Shown here in pieces: positions 1 through 11,003 of a stretch of DNA of 11,003 nucleotides. The DNA comes from Fonticula alba ATCC 38817 (taxonomy: Eukaryota > Protista > Nucleariida). The translations under genes were made by a program, and so were the position numbers. The notes under the pieces were generated by a model. The model did no database searches. It was not told the origin of the DNA and worked only from the letters and a program-made list of their open reading frames with translations. Position 1 is the first letter of the stretch; each line of letters opens with the position of its first letter. The stretch lies in assembly GCA_000388065.2 (NCBI GenBank), contig KB932205.1. One strand, 5' to 3'.

Positions 1-629
1 GGGGGGGGGGGGGGGGGGGGGGGGGTCGACCAGGGTGTGCGCCGCCCGCTTGTCCTCCGGCAGCCCTGGGGCCGGGGAGAGAAGTCAGTTGGGCCTAGCC
101 CCCCCCCCCCCTCGTGTGCCCGCTAGCCGTTCGGCGGGACGACGCGCCAGGGCACGGGCATAGTACGCGCGCAAGGCGTTCCGGGGGGGGGGGGGCGGTT
201 CCCGCGGCGCCCCGGTCCCAGCCCCCCCCCCACATGGAGGGCTGGGCCGGCGGGAGGGGACAGAGGCGGGTGCCCGGGTGGCGGAGGGCCCTCTCCGTGT
301 GTCTCCCCCGGCCCCCACGCTCAGTTGTCCGGGATTGCGGGCCCTGGCGCGGGCTCGGGCTTGGGCTCGGGCGCAGGCACAGGCGCATGCGTGCGCGCGC
401 GCGCGCGCGGGGCCACGCCGACCCCCCTTCCCTCCTCGCAAGCACGCACGCGCACGGACCCGTGCGCGCATTGTTCAGGCGGCGCTGCCTGCCTCGCCTG
501 TCCGCCGGTCTACCCCCACCCTGTTGGATCTCACCTTTGCTTTGCCTCTCTCTGTCGAAGGTTGTCATCTTTCACGGCCTCCCCCCTCCCTCCTCCTTCC
601 CTTCCGCCCGCATCCCCTGCCTCATGCAC

Positions 630-661
630 GCCCGCCCGCCCGCCCGCCCGCCCGCCCGCCC
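630..661 (+). repeat. (GCCC)8 tetranucleotide repeat; (GGGC)8 on the minus strand
   Basis: Read directly from the sequence. Confidence 0.95.
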
Positions 662-676
662 ACTTCCCCCTCGTCC

Positions 677-696
677 CTCTCTCTCTCTCTCTCTCT
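677..696 (+). repeat. (CT)10 microsatellite
   Basis: Read directly from the sequence. Confidence 0.9.
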
Positions 697-857
697 CCGC
701 CCCCTCCCCCTCTCGCTTTTCGCGCACCCAGCGGATCGCCCCGTTCGGTGGCCCTGCTCTCCCCCTCCCCCCCTTCCCCTACCTCCTTCCCTTCGCGCTA
801 ACTCCGCACCCACTTCTCGTACTACCCCGCCAGTGTAGGACTCCAAGACAAGCAATC

Positions 858-5291
<4,434 letters not shown>

Positions 5292-5390
5292 GTGTGTGCG
5301 TGCGTGCGTATGCGTGCCTCAGATCATCTCACCGCTGGCTGGTGTTGTGCTCGCGTGTGTGTGTGTGTCTGTGTGTGTGTGTGTGTCGCG
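5292..5390 (+). repeat. TG/TGCG-rich microsatellites immediately 3' of the IPO5 stop (likely 3'UTR)
   Basis: GTGTGTGCGTGCGTGCGT right after TAA and an interrupted (TG)n at about 5355-5386. Confidence 0.8.
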
Positions 5391-5498
5391 CGCGCGGCGT
5401 CTGCGCCACATATTCCCATCGGTGCCGCCGTGGCCAGCGCGCTTTTCTTGTGCGGGGCGCGGGGGCCGGCGGGGGGTGGGGAGAGGGCGGAAGGGGGA

Positions 5499-6024
5499 NN
5501 NNNNNNNNNNNNNNNNNNNNNNNNNNNNNNNNNNNNNNNNNNNNNNNNNNNNNNNNNNNNNNNNNNNNNNNNNNNNNNNNNNNNNNNNNNNNNNNNNNNN
5601 NNNNNNNNNNNNNNNNNNNNNNNNNNNNNNNNNNNNNNNNNNNNNNNNNNNNNNNNNNNNNNNNNNNNNNNNNNNNNNNNNNNNNNNNNNNNNNNNNNNN
5701 NNNNNNNNNNNNNNNNNNNNNNNNNNNNNNNNNNNNNNNNNNNNNNNNNNNNNNNNNNNNNNNNNNNNNNNNNNNNNNNNNNNNNNNNNNNNNNNNNNNN
5801 NNNNNNNNNNNNNNNNNNNNNNNNNNNNNNNNNNNNNNNNNNNNNNNNNNNNNNNNNNNNNNNNNNNNNNNNNNNNNNNNNNNNNNNNNNNNNNNNNNNN
5901 NNNNNNNNNNNNNNNNNNNNNNNNNNNNNNNNNNNNNNNNNNNNNNNNNNNNNNNNNNNNNNNNNNNNNNNNNNNNNNNNNNNNNNNNNNNNNNNNNNNN
6001 NNNNNNNNNNNNNNNNNNNNNNNN
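5499..6024. other. Assembly gap, 526 N
   Basis: N run, flanked by G-rich sequence on the left and a C run on the right. Confidence 0.99.
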
Positions 6025-6795
6025 CCCCCCTCCGCGCATTCACCCCTGTCCTTTTGCTTCTCCCTCCCTTGCACACGCAGAGCTCCTCCATGCCCTCTTC
6101 CGTCTCTTTCCCCCTTGCCCCCTCTCTACATAAACGTATCTCCCTCCTTCCCAAATTCTTCTCTGTCCTTGGGGATGTGCCTTCATTGGGTAATTTTTTT
6201 TCCATTTTTTGGTGTCTTTTCCGCCCTCCAGGATTTCTGGCCCTTCCGCCGGCCGCCCAGCTGGTTCCTCGCGAGAGGAGGACCGGCGAAGCAGCGTCAG
6301 CTCTCGGAGTCTGGTAATACAGAAGTGCAATCCCGCGGCGGCATGGATCACATGCATACCCGGGTGAAGCTGCCAAGAGCCGATTGCCAACGGAGAACAT
6401 CACGCCCGTGCACGGCCCTGGGTCCGCCCTGTGTCCATGCACGGAGACCCCGTGGTCCTGGGGGCTTGGTGAAGTGCGTCTTGGGAGGGTGTTTGCGGGA
6501 GCCTCGAGCGGGTCCCCGGGGCGAAGGTGCCGCGGGCCCCGTGGCGCGCGGGGAGGGGGTCGAGCCTGGGGATTGTGGGCTTTCCTAATTATTCCGATCG
6601 CTGGGATATTTTGGGCGACCTTCCCTTTAGGGTTGGAGATGGGTTGTTAGTTCGGTGGGCGCTTTTTTGTGCCCTCGCCTTTGCCAGGGGCGGATGGCAA
6701 ATACGTTCTGGGCATTGCTCGGGCGGTGTGGCAGCGCAGGCCCGAGGCTCCGAGGGTCCCCGGAGAGGCCGCCGTGGCCCGGGGCGTGTGCGCGC

Positions 6796-6796
6796 C

Positions 6797-6827
<31 letters not shown>
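6796..6827 (+). repeat. (CTGT)8 tetranucleotide microsatellite
   Basis: Read directly from the sequence. Confidence 0.93.
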
Positions 6828-7311
6828 GTGTGTCGGCCAGGGGACAACGGCCCAGGTGCCGGCTGGGGGGACGTGTGTGTGTCTGTGTGGGCGTCGGGGG
6901 GGGGGGGGGTATTCACGCACACTCGCGCGCGCGCTGTCCTCCATGCACAGGGTGCGTCATAAACGAGGGGCACATAAGCGCGCTATTGCTCTGGCAAATG
7001 ATGTGCGACCGGGCCAGCGAGGTACCGAATTACCATGACACGGCACGTCCGGCGATCAGCGCCGGGGACGGGCGGGCGGCCGAGAACCGGCCGGGCCAGA
7101 ACGCGGGTGAGGCCGGGGAGTCTCGGCAACTGGCTGACAAATAAGGATCGCCCGTCCGGGGGCCGGACCCCGCACCGGCAGGGGGGCCGCGGCGTGCCCC
7201 GCAGCCTGTTGATGTGCGTCGGATGGGCGTCGGGAGCCCCGTACACGACGATCTCGGTTGCAGCTGCGGTTGCCGCGTTCAAGGGACGGGAGAGTGGTCG
7301 GCGGGGGGGGG

Positions 7312-7596
7312 NNNNNNNNNNNNNNNNNNNNNNNNNNNNNNNNNNNNNNNNNNNNNNNNNNNNNNNNNNNNNNNNNNNNNNNNNNNNNNNNNNNNNNNNN
7401 NNNNNNNNNNNNNNNNNNNNNNNNNNNNNNNNNNNNNNNNNNNNNNNNNNNNNNNNNNNNNNNNNNNNNNNNNNNNNNNNNNNNNNNNNNNNNNNNNNNN
7501 NNNNNNNNNNNNNNNNNNNNNNNNNNNNNNNNNNNNNNNNNNNNNNNNNNNNNNNNNNNNNNNNNNNNNNNNNNNNNNNNNNNNNNNNNNNNNNNN
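7312..7596. other. Assembly gap, 285 N
   Basis: N run flanked by G runs on both sides. Confidence 0.99.
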
Positions 7597-7670
7597 GGGG
7601 GGGGGGCGTTGCCGTTGAGCGGTCCTCGGCGTGCGAGCGCTGTGTGCGTGTATTCCGGGGGGAGGATCAG

Positions 7671-7708
7671 CGTGTGTGCGTGTGCGTGTGCGTGTGCGTG
7701 TGCGTGTG
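7671..7708 (+). repeat. (GTGTGC)n hexamer microsatellite
   Basis: CGTGTGTGCGTGTGCGTGTGCGTGTGCGTGTGCGTGTG seen directly. Confidence 0.85.
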
Positions 7709-8239
7709 GGCATGCGGTTGTAGAGTGTGAGCCTGCGTGGGTGTTTGTGTGCTGATGCCGTGTGCACCTCCAGGCGCCCGGGCGGCGGCCGGACGGCCAG
7801 GCAGGCAGCCGAGGCGGGCGACCTGCCGTGTTCGAGGGTATCGAGACGATGTTCAAGGGCGGACGGGGGCGCCAGGCTGTCGAGGCCGCACCCGGAGCAT
7901 TGATGCCCGGCTGCGAGCGGCGGGCCCTGCATGCGCTCGTGGTCCGGCGGCCCCCGAGATAGCGCAAGAGTGGGAGAATATTCCGACAGGGCCGACACGC
8001 GCGCCGGCGCATCCGCAGCCCGGCGCATGAGCACATTCGCCTGTCGCTGGACCTACATGTGGGCTAGTGCTGTCTGGCATGCAGGTGCGGGGTGGCGGGG
8101 TGGGGGAAAAAGGCGGCTTCGAAGCCCACACTGGAGCCCTCCGGCGCTCCGGCATCCCGTTGAGGTATCGCATTCCGAAGGGCGCGTCCTGTGGCGGGCG
8201 GAGATCCGTTGAATGCCGGATGATGGGTGCCTGGGGGGC

Positions 8240-8265
8240 GGGGGGGGGGGGGGGGGGGGGGGGGG
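8240..8265 (+). repeat. Poly-G run (26 nt)
   Basis: Read directly from the sequence. Confidence 0.9.
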
Positions 8266-8438
8266 CGGCCAAGGCGCGGTGAGCGGGGCGGCCGCGCTAT
8301 CGAGCGGGCCCTCTGGAAAAGCGCCGCCGAAGGCATCCCCGCAGGGCGACGTGCCGCCTGGCCGGAGGCGGGTGCGCCTGCCCTCGTCCAGCCCGGCGGC
8401 CGCGCCGTCCACCTGCCCCGACACACCGGGAGGCCTCG

Positions 8439-8440
<2 letters not shown>

Positions 8441-8472
<32 letters not shown>

Positions 8473-8478
8473 CTCTCT
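8441..8478 (+). repeat. (CT)n microsatellite, interrupted once
   Basis: Read directly from the sequence. Confidence 0.88.
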
Positions 8479-8778
8479 GCCCTGTGATGGCCCAGACGCT
8501 GCATCAGGTGGGGGGCGGTCTTATCTTGGCTTGCCCGCCCTGTCTTCCGGGATCTGATAAGACGGAGGGCGGGGGGGTGGGGGGAGCGTGAGCGTGCGCG
8601 CGCGCGCGCATCTTGGGGATCTCCACTGTCGTGGGCATAGAGCGCGGGTTCGCCCGGAGCAGCGCCGGGAGATGGGGCGCCCGAAAAATACCCCAGCGCC
8701 AATCGGCGCCCTATGTGAGAAGGACCTATTCCTCGATATTCGAGGCCCCCCCCGGCCCTCGGGCTCCCCCCCCCCCCC

Positions 8779-8879
8779 NNNNNNNNNNNNNNNNNNNNNN
8801 NNNNNNNNNNNNNNNNNNNNNNNNNNNNNNNNNNNNNNNNNNNNNNNNNNNNNNNNNNNNNNNNNNNNNNNNNNNNNNN
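8779..8879. other. Assembly gap, 101 N
   Basis: N run flanked by C runs; a length near 100 may be a placeholder for a gap of unknown size. Confidence 0.98.
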
Positions 8880-9026
8880 CCCCTCTCTCTCTCTCCCTCC
8901 ATCCTTCCTCCTTCTCCATTCCACATACAGCAGTGCCCTTCCCTCCCTTCCTCCCTCTCTCTCTCTCTCTCCCTGCCCCTCCCCCTGCCCTCATGTGTGT
9001 TATACATCATGCTGTTTGTAATGATG

Positions 9027-9027
9027 G

Positions 9028-9063
<36 letters not shown>
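9027..9063 (+). repeat. (TG)n microsatellite
   Basis: GTGTGTGCGTGTGT...GTG seen directly. Confidence 0.9.
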
Positions 9064-9393
9064 ATCCGGACAAAAGGGGGTGAGATGAGAGCCACAACAA
9101 ACGGGAGCCGGCTCACTTCCGATGCGTCGCGCCCGTCTGGAGGGAGGTGGTGGCGGTGTGTCCGTGCGCGCTTGCGCATGCCGCGGGAACAGGAGACACA
9201 CATGGTGCTCCGTTGGCGCGCTCCTTTCCTTTTTTCGCCCCCCCCCGCGGCCCCCCCCCCCCCTGCGCCCTTTGATGTGTCCTCGCCCCCCCCCCCCCCC
9301 CCTGTCTGGGGTGGAACAGACTGGCAGCGACAATTGGCAGTTCTCGCCGCTTGGTTGGGGGAATGGGCCAGTTGCGCGCATGTGCCGGGGTAG

Positions 9394-9413
9394 GCGCGCG
9401 CGCGCGCGCGCGC
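9394..9413. repeat. (GC)10 alternating tract
   Basis: Read directly from the sequence. Confidence 0.9.
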
Positions 9414-11003
9414 TCGCGGCGCCCAGGCACCAGGGCTGCGCGTCGCCGGTTCTGCGAAGCCGCGCGTCGGGACGGCACCGCAGGAGGGGCGCCCCCAGGG
9501 GCTGTATCCGAGCGGCGGTGACTTCGTGGCCCGACGCCCGGGGTGCGGGTGCTTGTGTGCCACCCGCGCGGGGGGCGGGGGCACCGGGCAGGGGCGCGGG
9601 GGCGCGGGGGCGCGGGGGATGAGATTGCCCCGGAAAGGAGAAGGGGGCCAGCTTCCCGGGGCCGGGGCGGCTGAGCTTGGGCCCCGGGGCGCGAGGAGCT
9701 AGCCCCCGATTTGCGGGGGAGGGTGTAGGCACAGGGCAAGCAGGCTCCGGCGCGCCGCCGGGCGTCTCTCGCTCTCTCGCTCTCTCTCTGCCGCCCGGCC
9801 GGGCAGGGTGCCGGGGGTCCCCGGCCGCCCCAGTGACACAGGTGCTCTCGGCCCGGAGCCCTCCGGGTCTGTCCTTCTTCCGCACTTCAGGCGGGGCTGA
9901 GTGGGCGCACGCGCGCGCGCGCGTGTGCGCACATGCCCGTGGCGCGTGACCCCCCCCCCGCGCCCTGGCCGCCGCCACCGCGCGTCTAAGGCCTCCATTC
10001 TCGCCAGGCCTGGGCGCCCCCCCGCCCCCCCCCCCCCGGCGGGCGGAGCCCGACATATCGGCGGAGGCCGGGGATCCGAAGGGGGACCCTTTGCCGGGGC
10101 CACCGAGGCGGCCATGTGGCGGCTCGGCCGCGGAGGTCCGCGGTGTCCGCGTGCCGGCTGCCCTGCGCGCCCCTCCCCCCCCGTCCCCCAGTCAAGGTTG
10201 CCCGTCCCCGGCGCCGGGCTGCCCCCCCCCCCTTTGCCCCCCGGATTCCTGCCGCCGGTCGACGTGCCCGGTTGTCGGTGCGCCCTTGCGTGCAATCCAT
10301 TCAGGAGTCCCGGGCGAATGGCCCGGCAGACAGGACGTCCCGGGGTCGGCAAGCGTCCATGGTGGGTGTTTGTCAACGCCACCTTCGTGGCTGGAGGCGC
10401 CTCGACCGGGCCACCGCCGGCCCAGGGGGCGAGCACCGGCGCCGGGCCGGTCGGTTCTTTTGGGCACGTCTCTCCGCCCCGTTACGGGCATCTTCAGGGC
10501 TTGTCTGCCGCGCCCGTCGCATCGGCGGCGCGCGCGGATCATCCACTGGCTTCCCCCCCTGGGCTCTTTTCGGCCCATAGGCAAGGTCACGAAGGCAGGG
10601 GGCAGGCGTGCCGTCTCGGCCGGCGGCGGGCGCCTTTTTGGGCCAGACCGCGAAAGATGGCATTTTTAGTGCGCGCGCGAGCTCCCCTGGGCACCGGAGT
10701 CGGGGTCTCTTGGCACCCCCCTCCCCCCCCCCCCGGCCCGCCCCCGGCCCGCCCACGGCGCGCGGCCCGCATGCGCGCACGGCTTGCCGGCGGCCAGCCC
10801 CCGTCGGGCCTCACGGCGATTGTCACCCTCTGGATGCCACGCCCAGAGCCCAGCTGCCGTCGGGAGGAGGTCGTCCGGGGACATGCGCCCGGTGTGCCCT
10901 CCAGGCGGGCCGGGTATGACCCCCCCCCCCCTGCGGCTTTTGGGTGGCCCGCGCGGGTCCGGGTACCCTCTAGACCGCGAGCGCCATGAGCGATTTGGCT
11001 GGG

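Larger units (their letters stand above)
561..833 (+). other. Putative 5'UTR intron of IPO5
   Basis: AAG|GTTGTC donor candidate at 561, pyrimidine-rich interior like the confirmed introns, canonical GCTAAC branch motif at 797-802, GCCAG acceptor ending at 833, 24 nt before the ATG. Donor position is uncertain (GTCCGC at 500 is an alternative). Confidence 0.45.

Noticed and set aside
114-857. N-terminal extension of IPO5 from the in-frame ATG at 114
   Set aside because: The translation is microsatellite-derived low complexity (RARA, PPARPPA, LSLS); family homology begins at Met 858.
6626-6632. Telomere-like TTTAGGG
   Set aside because: A single copy with no tandem array.
10962-10974. Adjacent KpnI and XbaI sites resembling a cloning polylinker
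   Set aside because: Only two sites, and the flanks are continuous with genomic-style GC-rich sequence; no other vector sequence recognised.
6090-10989. Many 70-360 aa GC-rich ORFs on both strands of the right half
   Set aside because: Arg/Gly/Pro/Ala-rich, overlapping in all frames, lacking the C/G-ending codon pattern of IPO5 and with no domain I recognise; expected by chance at this GC content.
6025-11003. Structured RNA genes (tRNA, snRNA, SRP, RNase P/MRP, rRNA) in the gene-free region
   Set aside because: By eye I found no cloverleaf or diagnostic conserved motifs; T-runs at about 6193-6220 and 6664 lack supporting context. An Infernal/Rfam and tRNAscan-SE search would be decisive, since divergent RNAs could be missed.

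Overview
GC-rich eukaryotic genomic DNA (draft scaffold with three N gaps; organism not identifiable from this window, style suggests a unicellular eukaryote). The left half holds one complete spliced plus-strand gene for importin-5 / karyopherin beta-3 (IPO5/RanBP5, yeast Pse1/Kap121 family): join(858..1019,1402..2456,3057..3417,3522..5291), 1115 aa, three GT-AG introns with C-rich interiors. The right half (5292-11003) has no coding region, RNA gene or mobile element I can support; it is low-complexity DNA (TG, CT, GC, CTGT microsatellites, G and C runs) broken by gaps. I found no convincing novel multi-gene system. The best leads are at the splicing level: a candidate in-frame 15-nt micro-exon inside intron 1, a stop-free in-frame 600-nt intron 2 with a ~170-nt poly-C tract and an in-frame internal acceptor, a probable 5'UTR intron, and orphan 3' splice-site-like signals plus one-directional microsatellite polarity that hint at an unannotated plus-strand transcript downstream. 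Comparisons with human and plant IPO5 are from memory of those sequences, not from a database search.
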